From: Microcystaceae cyanobacterium
Lineage (GTDB): Bacteria; Cyanobacteriota; Cyanobacteriia; Cyanobacteriales; Microcystaceae
NCBI GenBank assembly: GCA_041746575.1
Contig: JBGTGT010000084.1
Location: 19,269 to 83,268, forward strand
Length of the DNA: 64,000 bases
Reading direction: 5' to 3'
The notes under the pieces are model-generated. The model searched no databases. It had not been told where the DNA came from and saw only the letters and a list, made by a program, of their open reading frames with translations. Of this stretch, positions 42,053 to 51,730 are shown in pieces; the first letter of the stretch is position 1; each line of letters starts with the position of its first letter. Made by a program: the position numbers and the translations under genes.

Positions 42053-44155
42053 TTACTTGTTTGTTAATAACAAGTGAGTGGATTCTTGAATGGTTAAAGG
42101 ATGACTAAAAAAATATCCTTGCATTTCTTCGCACTGAAGCTGTTTTAATAGTTTCATTTGCTCTTGAGTTTCAACGCCTTCAACTATCACTCTTAAATTT
42201 AACACTTTACCTAACATCATGATCGCCGAAATAATGCCAGTTTCTTGAGAATTTTCTGTGATATTTTTTACGAAGGCAGAATCAATTTTTAGGGTACTAA
42301 ATGGAAACTCTTTTAAATAGCTTAAAGAAGAATAACCTGTTCCAAAATCATCCATGGCAACTTGCACGCCCATTTTACGTAATTGTGTTAAATTTTGGCG
42401 AGCAAGTTCGATATTTTTCACCAAAGCGGTTTCGGTTACTTCTATTTCGAGAAAATGATGTTCGAGTTGAGTTTCTTGTAATATTTGCTCAACTAATTTT
42501 GGTAAATGAGGTTGCTGAAACTGTCTAGCTGATAAATTAACAGCCACTTTAACGGGAGTTAAACCTGCTTTTTGCCAAGCCTGATTTTGTTGACAGGCAG
42601 TTCGGAGAACCCATTCATCAATTGCCAGAATTAGCCCCGTCTCCTCTGCAATGGGAATAAATTTACTGGGGGATACTAATCCCAGTTTAGGATGTTGCCA
42701 GCGAATCAATGCTTCCATTCCCTGAATTTTGCCGGTTCTGATGTTGATTTGAGGTTGGTAGTGAAGTTGTAGCTCTTGGCGGCTAATAGCTTGATGAAGT
42801 AAGGTTTCTAGCTGAAAACGCTCTGAAGTCTCAAACGTCATACTAGGAAGATAAAATTGAAAGTGATTGCGTCCTTGCTGTTTAGTGCGATAGAGTGCCG
42901 CATCTGCATTTTTGATTAAGGTTTCTGCCTCTTCTCCATCTTGAGGATAGATCGCAACACCAATACTGGTTTTGAGGTAACATTCTTGATGATTAAGTTG
43001 AAAAGGGTGGCTGAGACTTTTTAAGATTCTTTGGGCGATTTTTGCGGGTTCGTCTGTTTTGTTGATGCGAGGTATCAGTAGCGTAAATTCATCCCCTCCC
43101 CATCGAGATAGCAAATCTCCAGCTCTCAACTGAGACTGTAAACGTTGGGCAAAAAGCTTTAAACTTTGGTCTCCCACTGAATGACCAAAAACATCATTAA
43201 TTGTTTTAAAACCGTCGAGATCTAACATGAGAACTGCAAGTGAATATTGACCTCTTTGAGCATTGGCTAAAGCGAGAGATAGGTGTTCATGAAATAAGGA
43301 TCGATTGGGTAAACTCGTTAGTTGATCATAAAAAGCTTGATAATGTAAAATTTCTTCGGCTCGTTTTCTTTGGGTAATATCAAAAAGGTAAATTCGAATT
43401 GATTGACGTTCAGGTAAATAATGGATATGTTGCTCAAATACTTGCTGATCGATTTGCAATTCTTGAATCAACAAGTTTCCGTTGGGATGTTGATATTCAT
43501 CAACTAAGTGGTGGAGCAAAGGATGTTTTTGCGCTAAAGTTATTAGATCAGGAAACTGAAGACGGGCGGCGGCATTCAAATATTTTAGATTTCTGTGCCA
43601 ATCCAGTTCAAGAATTGGGTTTGGGCTAAGTTCGACTAGAGAGGCTAACTGTCCTTCATTTGATGTTGAAGAATTCAGCAGCGGCAAGTCAATAATTTGA
43701 GTCTGTCGATAATCAATGAGAGGTGCCTGTTGCAGTCTTGAAAAAGAAACTGAAATGGTTGGGGATGAAGAATGGGGAATGCCTTGTTCAGAAAGGCTAT
43801 TAGAATCAGAATTAATAATATAATAGGTCGCTTTGACATCATTCCCAAAGCAAATGATATCTCCATGTTTTAAGATACGCTCTGTGCATTGAACCCCATT
43901 AACCCAAATCCCATTAGTACTTTTACTTCCCTTGTTATCTCCATCAAATAGAGTAAAATAATGATCACTATTTTTCAGTTCATATTGTTTCACAAGCGTT
44001 GCATGTTTTCGAGACAGATTTTCCGAATGAATAACAATCGTATTATTAGAATGTCTACCAATTGAATAAAAATCTTTTTTTAGAGTGATAACCTGATTAT
44101 AATAAGGAGAGTCAATTGCTAAAACGTGTTGAGAGTTGATAGATTGATTGGGCAT
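42053..44155 (-). CDS. FHA - PAS - GGDEF - EAL protein (diguanylate cyclase/phosphodiesterase)
   Basis: FHA (IGRH, SRKH, STNG), PAS (SPNPILEL..YLNAAA..FDIT), RAGD-x5-GGDEF, MEALIRW, DDFGTGYSS, KID and EGVE all intact. Confidence 0.95.
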   Translation of the reverse strand: MPNQSINSQHVLAIDSPYYNQVITLKKDFYSIGRHSNNTIVIHSENLSRKHATLVKQYELKNSDHYFTLFDGDNKGSKSTNGIWVNGVQCTERILKHGDIICFGNDVKATYYIINSDSNSLSEQGIPHSSSPTISVSFSRLQQAPLIDYRQTQIIDLPLLNSSTSNEGQLASLVELSPNPILELDWHRNLKYLNAAARLQFPDLITLAQKHPLLHHLVDEYQHPNGNLLIQELQIDQQVFEQHIHYLPERQSIRIYLFDITQRKRAEEILHYQAFYDQLTSLPNRSLFHEHLSLALANAQRGQYSLAVLMLDLDGFKTINDVFGHSVGDQSLKLFAQRLQSQLRAGDLLSRWGGDEFTLLIPRINKTDEPAKIAQRILKSLSHPFQLNHQECYLKTSIGVAIYPQDGEEAETLIKNADAALYRTKQQGRNHFQFYLPSMTFETSERFQLETLLHQAISRQELQLHYQPQINIRTGKIQGMEALIRWQHPKLGLVSPSKFIPIAEETGLILAIDEWVLRTACQQNQAWQKAGLTPVKVAVNLSARQFQQPHLPKLVEQILQETQLEHHFLEIEVTETALVKNIELARQNLTQLRKMGVQVAMDDFGTGYSSLSYLKEFPFSTLKIDSAFVKNITENSQETGIISAIMMLGKVLNLRVIVEGVETQEQMKLLKQLQCEEMQGYFFSHPLTIQESTHLLLTNK

Positions 44156-44374
44156 AATTTTGCTGGATTTTATTTTCTGAATATCAAGAAAAAAATATAA
44201 AGCCAGATTTTTTAGTGTAATCGTGCTTTTAAGATTAATTCGATGACTTGTTCTGGCTTATTGAACAACAAGCAGCTAGCGTGAGTCTGGTTTGAGTAAT
44301 AACAATATATATTTGAATGATTCATGGGTAATAAAGACGAAGATCCGGTCTTCGATTGTAGTCTGTATACAGAA

Positions 44375-44417
44375 ACTGTAAAGGCGATTCCGTGAATTTA
44401 CAATGATTCTCGTCACA
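44375..44417 (-). promoter_or_regulatory. Class II CRP-type promoter
   Basis: Minus strand TGTGA-cgagaa-TCAtt (44417-44402), 21 nt spacer, then TACAGT (44380-44375). Confidence 0.6.
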
Positions 44418-44447
44418 TCCTATTGGTGATTTGGAGATTATTGATCA

Positions 44448-45236
44448 TTAATCAATGAAGTTATCCCCAATTTCCTGTAGCGAATAGCGATTACGTCCTG
44501 TTCGTTTAGCGCGATACAATGCAATATCTGCTGCCTGCAACAAAGTATCAGGATGAATCTCACTTCGGGGAATTGTTGCAGAGATGCCCACGCTGATAGT
44601 GACAAAAGAATTAATAGGAGAGAGATAATGAGGAATATGGGCTTGCTGAATGTGATTAACGATTTCCCTAGCGATCATTTGACCTCCTTCACTAGAGGTA
44701 TTAGGTAAAATCAACACAAATTCCTCTCCCCCATAACGAAAGGCCTCGTCTGCTGGACGTTTTAGTGTTTCTCTGAGAATTTGAGCAACTTGCGTCAAGC
44801 AACGATCTCCAATAGTATGCCCATAGTAATCATTGTAAGACTTAAAATGATCTAAATCACATATCAGTAAACATAAAAAATGATTCTGTCTTTGACAACG
44901 CCGCCATTCTTGTTGAAAACAAAGATCAAAATAGCGACGATTAGGAATTTTTGTTAAATCATCAAAAAGCACAAAGGTTTCTTGATTTAAACAATAGGCA
45001 ATCAGTCGAGCAATTATTTGAGCTGAACTATCTCCTTTCACGACACCGTAATCTTCTTGATTCACCGTAATGACATATTCTTCTCTTGAAATAGATGTCG
45101 CAGGTTGTCCTAATAGCAAATTTCCATCTAGCTCTTCAATAAAAATTGGACGGTTGATTAAATTAATCAAGTCTTCGAGCAGAGATTTTAATTGAGAATT
45201 CTTAAGAAGCTCTCGTAAAGCGATTGGGTGTGGCAT
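44448..45236 (-). CDS. Diguanylate cyclase with short N-terminal sensor-like domain
   Basis: DDLTKIPNRR, DLDHFKSYNDYYGHTIGD, RPAD-x5-GGEEF and ADIALYRAK..GRNR. Confidence 0.95.
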   Translation of the reverse strand: MPHPIALRELLKNSQLKSLLEDLINLINRPIFIEELDGNLLLGQPATSISREEYVITVNQEDYGVVKGDSSAQIIARLIAYCLNQETFVLFDDLTKIPNRRYFDLCFQQEWRRCQRQNHFLCLLICDLDHFKSYNDYYGHTIGDRCLTQVAQILRETLKRPADEAFRYGGEEFVLILPNTSSEGGQMIAREIVNHIQQAHIPHYLSPINSFVTISVGISATIPRSEIHPDTLLQAADIALYRAKRTGRNRYSLQEIGDNFID

Positions 45237-45388
45237 TTAAGTTTTTTCCAAAATAAAATGATAGATACTTCGACAAAAAGTGTCTATATATTTTTTCCGT
45301 AACACAAAAAAAATATGTCAGTCCATGATTACTAAACAATCTTTTTTCTATTGTTTAATAGATAGATGACTTTGTAAGCTTGTCTGCT

Positions 45389-45441
45389 TATGTAAAGTAA
45401 TGTAAAAGATAGAGAGTAGATTTGCGATGATCTTGATCACA
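45389..45441 (-). promoter_or_regulatory. Class II CRP-type promoter with perfect HLR1 (RpaB) repeat over the -10
   Basis: Minus strand TGTGA-tcaaga-TCAtc (45441-45426), 21 nt spacer, TACATT (45404-45399); TTTACATT-ac-TTTACATA at 45406-45389. Confidence 0.62.
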
Positions 45442-45492
45442 AATTGTCAGCCATTAATTCACTCAATTTATAAGTCTTGAATCAATGATCTT

Positions 45493-46755
45493 TCAGACAG
45501 ATTGAAGGGGTAAGGTGATCCGAAAACAGGTTCCTTCGTCGATCTTACTGGTAACGGAGATATTTCCGCCATGATTCTGAGCGATCGCCATGGCAATGGG
45601 TAATCCTAATCCAGTGCCTCCTTCGTGTCTAGCTTCGTCGGCGCGCCAAAAGCGATCAAACACTCTAGGTAAATTTTCGGCTTTAATCCCCATCCCTGTA
45701 TCTTCAACTAGAATGACCGCATAACGTTGATATTTATCGAGAATGACGGAAATTTGTCCTTTTTCAGGGGTATATTTTATGGCATTTCCTATGATATTTG
45801 TCAATAAACGACTAATTTGTTCCGGATTTCCTAGGATGATTCCTTCAATCTCTAAAGCGTAATCAATGCTGATGGATTTTTCTTGAGCGAGAGGTTCTAG
45901 TAGCTCGATTAAATCAGTGAGAATCTCCTCAAGAGAAACTAAAGACCAGTTCGCTTCATTATCTGTTTTTTTACCCTCATTACGCACTAGAAATAGTAAA
46001 TCTTGGGTAAGATGAACCATTTTTTCGGTCGCATTAGCTATCACAGCTAATTTTCGAGCATCTTTCGGATGAATTCGCTCAGGATGATGATGAATTAGCT
46101 CTATACAGCTTCTAATGGAGCTTAGTGGCGTTCTTAATTCATGGGAGGCATCGGCCGTAAATTGCTTTAACTTCTGTACATTCTCGGCAATGGGTTTTAC
46201 GGCTTGTTGGGTTAACCACAACCCCGCAACACCGACTAATCCTAAACTCAAGCTAACGGAAAGAATAGAAAAATAAAGAATTCTGCGTTTAATGTGTTCA
46301 ATACTTTGGATAGACTGGCTTAATCGTAAATATCCCTCTAAATTGGGCTGAGAGAGTTCACTCCGATCAACAGAGACTCTCGTTGTATAGGTACGAATGG
46401 GATATGAACGTTTTTGAGGATTTTGATCGACTTTAACCGTTAGAATGCCGGGTTTAGGGGGAACTTTTCCGTTTGTCAACCCCTGACGTGCAATTAAGTA
46501 CCCATTTTGGTCAAACCATTCAATCCCTGTCTCACCATTCAGAGGACTCGATAGACTACTCGATAAAGGGTAATGCGCATTCATCCACTGATTGTTGTCA
46601 ATCATTACATCAGCTAACGTGGCTAATCGTTTATCCAGTTCACGATATAAAATTTTGTTCACTCCGAAATATGTAATTAAGCTTAAAAATGCCAAAATAA
46701 AAGACATGATTACATAATATTGCCAAAATAGCTTATTTCTTAATGATTGAAACAT
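45493..46755 (-). CDS. Membrane sensor histidine kinase
   Basis: Two TM segments, H-box FTADASHELRTPL, N-box NIIGNAIKY, DTGMGI, VFDRF and GTGLGL. Confidence 0.95.
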   Translation of the reverse strand: MFQSLRNKLFWQYYVIMSFILAFLSLITYFGVNKILYRELDKRLATLADVMIDNNQWMNAHYPLSSSLSSPLNGETGIEWFDQNGYLIARQGLTNGKVPPKPGILTVKVDQNPQKRSYPIRTYTTRVSVDRSELSQPNLEGYLRLSQSIQSIEHIKRRILYFSILSVSLSLGLVGVAGLWLTQQAVKPIAENVQKLKQFTADASHELRTPLSSIRSCIELIHHHPERIHPKDARKLAVIANATEKMVHLTQDLLFLVRNEGKKTDNEANWSLVSLEEILTDLIELLEPLAQEKSISIDYALEIEGIILGNPEQISRLLTNIIGNAIKYTPEKGQISVILDKYQRYAVILVEDTGMGIKAENLPRVFDRFWRADEARHEGGTGLGLPIAMAIAQNHGGNISVTSKIDEGTCFRITLPLQSV

Positions 46756-47275
46756 TTTTAGTTAGAAGTCTGTTTGTCGTTGCTTAGATATACTTGTGCT
46801 TTTACCATTATTGTCTCGACTGGAAAAAAACTGGTAAAGATTGCGAAAAAAAGGATTAAAAATAACATCCCGACGCTCTATTTCTCAAGATGAAAGATTT
46901 CTTAGAGGCTTCTCAGCAAAAACTCACTTCTATCTTTTTATATAGAATATGGAACTTTATCGAGCAGACAGTCTCGGGATATATCTATTTCTGTGGATCA
47001 TCTTCCTATTTTTGTTAAGAACTGTAAAATAGAGGGAACTTAGTTTCTCGCCTTTAGTTTAGCATTTAATGCTGTTAGGGAATTCCGCCTCAAGCTCTGT
47101 TTAGTTTAAAAGAGGATTATATAGATGGAAGGGCAAGACAAGAGGGGTACAATCATCTATTTTCACTTGTTCTTTAGCAATTGCCGAATCCTAACTAGAT
47201 TGAGGACGACTTATTCTATTCCTATTCCCTGATCATTGAGATCCTTTAAGATCAATTTGGTAAAGCCTAGAGATT

Positions 47276-49555
47276 ATGGAGACATTTAGACCCATTCCTT
47301 ATCTTAATCGCAAATTACGCCATTTATTTCCCTTTATCCCTGCTTATCCTCTTCAGATGGCGACGATAGTTTTTCTGGGAAGTATTGGCTTTATAATGGC
47401 GATCGCTTTAGCGTGGTTAAAAGGGGAAAAGAATATTAGTGCCTTTTTTGCCTACTTGCATACGTTACAGAATAATCCCCCTTTTTGGGTTGAGGTTCCC
47501 GAATTTACTCATCCTTTTTATCTTTACATACCCACTATTGTGGGAGTCTTGATCGTCACGATAACGATGAAAAAGTCATCCAAACCGCAAACATGGTCAA
47601 AGGTAATTGTTGTCAGTCTTTTGATGGCGTTTACGTTACGATACTTTTTTTGGCGTTGTTTTTCTAGTCTGAACTTTGCTAGTCCTCTCGATGGAATTTT
47701 TAGTTTATTATTATTAGTGACGGAAGCCATTTTTATCAGTCGAAATTTAAGTCAAGCTTTTTTATTTCTGAGCTACAAAAAACGTCACAAAGAAGCGGAC
47801 ATTTACAGCAAAGCAGTCATATCAGGAGATTATCAGCCTTCTGTAGATATTTTAATTCCGACTTATAATGAACCTGCTTTTATTTTAAAAAGAAGTATCA
47901 TTGGTTGTCAGGCTATGGATTATGCCAATAAACAAATTTACCTCCTAGATGATACCCGACGAAAAGAGATTAAACAATTAGCAGTAGAACTGGGTTGTCA
48001 TTATATTACTCGTTCAGATAATTCTCATGCGAAAGCGGGAAACTTAAACCACGCACTGATGCAAACGCAGGGAGAACTCATTACCGTTTTTGATGCAGAT
48101 TTTGTACCGACGGCTAATTTTTTAACACGAACAATTGGCTTTTTCCAGAATCGCAAAATTGCGATCGTTCAAACGTGTCAAGAATTCTATAACGCTGATG
48201 CTGTTGCTTATAATTTAGGCTTAGAAAATGAATTAAATGCAGAGGATGATTTCTTTCATTGTCAGATGCAGCCGATTTTAGATGGGGCAGGATTTATTAT
48301 TTGTGCAGGTTCATCTTTTGTGGTTCGTCGTCAAGCGTTAGAAGAAGTGGGCGGCTTTTATACCGAGTCTTTATCGGAAGATTATTATACAGGAATTATG
48401 ATTACGGCCAGAGGGTATCAGGTGGTTTATTTGAATGAAAAATTAAGCGCAGGGTTAGCCCCCGAAACAATTACGGCTTATCTTGTGCAAAAAGCCCGTT
48501 GGGCGCAAGGAACGATGCAAAGCTTTTTTATTAAAGCCAATAGTCTAACCATTCCGGGTTTAAATTTTAGACAAAGATTCGTTAATTTTGATGGTTTAAT
48601 AGGGTGGCTGGTGGCGATTCCTCAAGTATTTGTTTTGACAATTCCTTTATTTTGGACATTTTTTGACGTACGTCCTTTAATAATTTCGCCTGAAGAATCT
48701 TTATATATTTTCTTGCCTTATTATTGTCTTCAATTTATTACGTTTTATTGGATGTGTTCAGGCGTCAAAACCTTAACAATTACTTATATTTATGATCACG
48801 TTAAGATTTTTTATATAGCCTTAGCTATTACCCAGATTTTTCTCGATCCTTTTGGTAAAGGTTTTCGGGTTACTCCTAAGGGGATTTTACACCAAAAGTC
48901 CTATTTTCACTGGAAAATTGCAATTCCTTTAATTATTTTGTGGTTGATCAATCTCGTCAGTCTAGGAAAAAGTTTAATTCATTTTACCTTTGTTGAAAAT
49001 AACATTATCAATTTGGTTTTCTTCTGGAGTTTTTTGAATTTTTTCCTTTTAAGTATTTCAATTATAGCCCTAGTTAATCGCCCGAAAAAGACCCATTATC
49101 AGTGGTTTAATCTTCATGAATCCGTTTGTCTAATATCTAAAAATACTTGCTTTGAAGGGGTGACTCAAAGAATATCTGAAGCAGGACTCATCATTGATAT
49201 TCCTCAAAAAGGGTTAAATTCTCTCCTTTGTTTTGAACAATTTAGCCATATCAATCTCACGGAAAAAAACTTAAGTTTGGCGGTCAAAATTAATAATATT
49301 GAATCTTTAGAGTCAGTTTATCGGGTGACTTTATATTTTGATACGATGACTTTAGACCAAGAACGACGACTGATTGAACTCCTATTCTGCGCTCCTGACC
49401 GATGGCCAATGAGAAAGGTAGCAGGAGAAGGTGAAACCCTTTTAATGTTAATAAAAGTGGTCATAAAACCTTTCATTCTAGGATTTAAAACAATCGTAAC
49501 CCAATTAAACCCTTATATGCCCAAAAAAAAAGAGATGACCGTTCATCATTATTAG
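47276..49555 (+). CDS. Cellulose synthase catalytic subunit-like GT2 (BcsA/CesA type) with PilZ-like tail
   Basis: VDILIPTYNEP, LLDDT, HAKAGNLN, FDADF, SEDY, QKARWAQG (QxxRW) and FRVTPK gating-loop motif; multiple TM helices. Confidence 0.9.
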   Translation: METFRPIPYLNRKLRHLFPFIPAYPLQMATIVFLGSIGFIMAIALAWLKGEKNISAFFAYLHTLQNNPPFWVEVPEFTHPFYLYIPTIVGVLIVTITMKKSSKPQTWSKVIVVSLLMAFTLRYFFWRCFSSLNFASPLDGIFSLLLLVTEAIFISRNLSQAFLFLSYKKRHKEADIYSKAVISGDYQPSVDILIPTYNEPAFILKRSIIGCQAMDYANKQIYLLDDTRRKEIKQLAVELGCHYITRSDNSHAKAGNLNHALMQTQGELITVFDADFVPTANFLTRTIGFFQNRKIAIVQTCQEFYNADAVAYNLGLENELNAEDDFFHCQMQPILDGAGFIICAGSSFVVRRQALEEVGGFYTESLSEDYYTGIMITARGYQVVYLNEKLSAGLAPETITAYLVQKARWAQGTMQSFFIKANSLTIPGLNFRQRFVNFDGLIGWLVAIPQVFVLTIPLFWTFFDVRPLIISPEESLYIFLPYYCLQFITFYWMCSGVKTLTITYIYDHVKIFYIALAITQIFLDPFGKGFRVTPKGILHQKSYFHWKIAIPLIILWLINLVSLGKSLIHFTFVENNIINLVFFWSFLNFFLLSISIIALVNRPKKTHYQWFNLHESVCLISKNTCFEGVTQRISEAGLIIDIPQKGLNSLLCFEQFSHINLTEKNLSLAVKINNIESLESVYRVTLYFDTMTLDQERRLIELLFCAPDRWPMRKVAGEGETLLMLIKVVIKPFILGFKTIVTQLNPYMPKKKEMTVHHY

Positions 49556-49787
49556 ACCTCTTGGCATTTTGGCGATTTTGAGCAAGAATTGTGAATTTTT
49601 CGCAAACAATTAAAAAATATAAGCGGCAGGTGGAATGAAGATAACAAGGATATTCTAGCAAGATGATGGTGAAACAAAGGGTAGACAGGTACAATCTTGA
49701 ATAGGGAGGGGGCTTGCTCAAACCGCATTAACCCATTGCTCTGATCTCATCAATTCCCTTTTATAACCGGTAAATTAAGCAAAAAAG

Positions 49788-50411
49788 ATGGAAAATAATC
49801 GAAATCAAAAACGTTCATTTCTCGCCGGGTTAGCGGGCGTGATTGTTGCCCTTTTGCTAGTGGGTGGAGGGGCGGCTTTCTGGGCTTATCGTAACCTTAA
49901 TCGAGAACCGACGGTAGTTACTTCTCCTTCCCCGCAAACTACCCGTCCTTCACCGATTCCTGAGGCACAATCCCCGATTCTTGAAGAAAAGGCACAAGTT
50001 TATTGGTTAGCCAATCAGGGAGACACCCTAGACTTAGTTCCCATCCCGACTATGCTACAAAAGTCGGCAGACGAAACGCAAGCCCTACAAACGGCTTTAA
50101 CAACGCTCTTAGCGGGAGACACTGAAGATTATGCCACAGCAATCCCTGATGGAACGCAGTTATTGGACTTGAAAGTCACTCAAGAAGGAATTTATCTGGA
50201 TTTGTCGGAAACGTTTACTGAGGGGGGGGGAAGTGCGTCTATGACAGCTCGATTAAAGCAAATCCTTTACACGGCAACCAGTATAAATCCCCAATTACCG
50301 CTATGGTTAAATATTAACGGACAACCCCTAGAGGTGTTAGGGGGTGAAGGCTTAATGGTTGCCCAACCCCTCACCCGCAAATGGTTTCAAGCAGAGTATG
50401 AGCAACCATAA
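49788..50411 (+). CDS. GerMN-domain membrane-anchored protein
   Basis: N-terminal TM helix, Pro-rich linker, TAIPDGTQLL, LDLSETFTEGGGSASM and QILYTAT. Confidence 0.85.
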   Translation: MENNRNQKRSFLAGLAGVIVALLLVGGGAAFWAYRNLNREPTVVTSPSPQTTRPSPIPEAQSPILEEKAQVYWLANQGDTLDLVPIPTMLQKSADETQALQTALTTLLAGDTEDYATAIPDGTQLLDLKVTQEGIYLDLSETFTEGGGSASMTARLKQILYTATSINPQLPLWLNINGQPLEVLGGEGLMVAQPLTRKWFQAEYEQP

Positions 50412-50430
50412 CAAAATAAGGAGTTAATAT

Positions 50431-51417
50431 TTGGTTTTAAAAGCATTCGTGACCGGTGGAACAGGATTTGTGGGTGCAAATCTGATTCGTTTGCTAAAGT
50501 ATCAAGGCTATGCGGTAAAGGCATTAGTTCGCCCGACGACCCCTATCGATAATTTACGGGGATTAGAGGTCGAAATTGTCGAAGGCACGTTGAATGATGA
50601 TGATTTAGCTAGTAAACTGCAAGGCTGTCAGGTTTTATTCCATGTGGCCGCCCACTACTCCCTATGGCAGAAAGATAAAGAGATTCTTTACCGTAGCAAT
50701 GTTCTCGGTACTCGTCAGTTATTGACTGCCGCCCGACAAGTCGGTATTGAACGAACCGTTTACACCAGTTCTGTTGCCGCAATTGGGGTGGGGAAAAATG
50801 GTCAGCCGGTAGCTGAAACGTATCAAAGTCCCGTTCAACATCTAATTAGTGATTACAAAAAATCGAAGTATTGGGCTGAACAAGAAGCGAGAAAGGCGGT
50901 TGATTTGGGACAAGATGTGGTCATTGTAAACCCCAGTACCCCTATTGGAGCTTATGATCTTAAGCCTACCCCCACAGGGGACATTATTCTCCGATTTTTG
51001 CGCCGTCAGATGCCAGCTTATGTTAACACGGGGTTAAATCTGATTGATGTGGAAGATGTGGCATGGGGACATTTATTGGCGTTGGAAAAGGGGAAAACAG
51101 GGGAACGTTACATCCTCGGCCACCAGAATTTAACGTTAAAAGAAGTCCTAGATAGGTTGGCTCAAATTACAGGATTAAATGCGCCCAAAACCCAGATTCC
51201 TGTCTGGATTCCTTGGGTGGTGGCTGGTATTGATGAATTTATGCTGTCTAAAGTGGGAAAAACCCCTTCGATACCCTTTGATGGCGTACGAATGTCTCGG
51301 CAATTGATGTATTACGATGGGTCTAAAGCGGTGAAAGAATTAGGATTGCCTCAGTCTTCAATTGAGCAAGCTTTGGCAAAAAGTGTCAATTGGTTTCAAA
51401 ATCATCGCTTTTTCTAA
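50431..51417 (+). CDS. hpnA: Hopanoid-associated sugar epimerase / dihydroflavonol reductase-like SDR
   Basis: FVTGGTGFVG, FHVAAHYSLW, YTSSVAA, YKKSK and KPTPTG..MPAYVNTGLN. Confidence 0.85.
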   Translation: MVLKAFVTGGTGFVGANLIRLLKYQGYAVKALVRPTTPIDNLRGLEVEIVEGTLNDDDLASKLQGCQVLFHVAAHYSLWQKDKEILYRSNVLGTRQLLTAARQVGIERTVYTSSVAAIGVGKNGQPVAETYQSPVQHLISDYKKSKYWAEQEARKAVDLGQDVVIVNPSTPIGAYDLKPTPTGDIILRFLRRQMPAYVNTGLNLIDVEDVAWGHLLALEKGKTGERYILGHQNLTLKEVLDRLAQITGLNAPKTQIPVWIPWVVAGIDEFMLSKVGKTPSIPFDGVRMSRQLMYYDGSKAVKELGLPQSSIEQALAKSVNWFQNHRFF

Positions 51418-51543
51418 CTTTTATTGTAGAGTAAAGACTTATTTGTCAATTTTTAAGAAGTTAACCTCTTTTTTATAAGTTCCGCTATCACTTATACAAC
51501 GAGATTATAAGATTTGAAAAATAATGATTATCTCAAAGATTAA

Positions 51544-51635
51544 CGGAGAAGGGGGGATTCGAACCCCCGGTACGGCCTTACGTACCGTACAACGGATTAG
51601 CAATCCGCCGCTTTAAACCGCTCAGCCACCTCTCC
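51544..51635 (-). tRNA. tRNA-Ser(GCT)
   Basis: GGAGAGGTGGCTGAGCGGTTTAAAGCGGCGGATT-GCT-AATCCGTTGTACGGTACGTAAGGCCGTACCGGGGGTTCGAATCCCCCCTTCTCCG: cloverleaf with long variable arm; CCA not encoded. Confidence 0.97.
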
Positions 51636-51696
51636 AAGCGTGACAACTAATTAGTGTATCATAAGGGCTAAATTTTTCACAAGACTTTGAGCATCA

Positions 51697-51720
51697 CAAA
51701 AAGGGGAATATTTCCCCTAA
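51697..51720 (-). terminator. Putative intrinsic terminator of msrA
   Basis: AGGGGAA-ata-TTCCCCT hairpin followed by TTTT on the minus strand, just after the msrA stop. Confidence 0.55.
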
Positions 51721-51730
51721 TTTAAGATTT

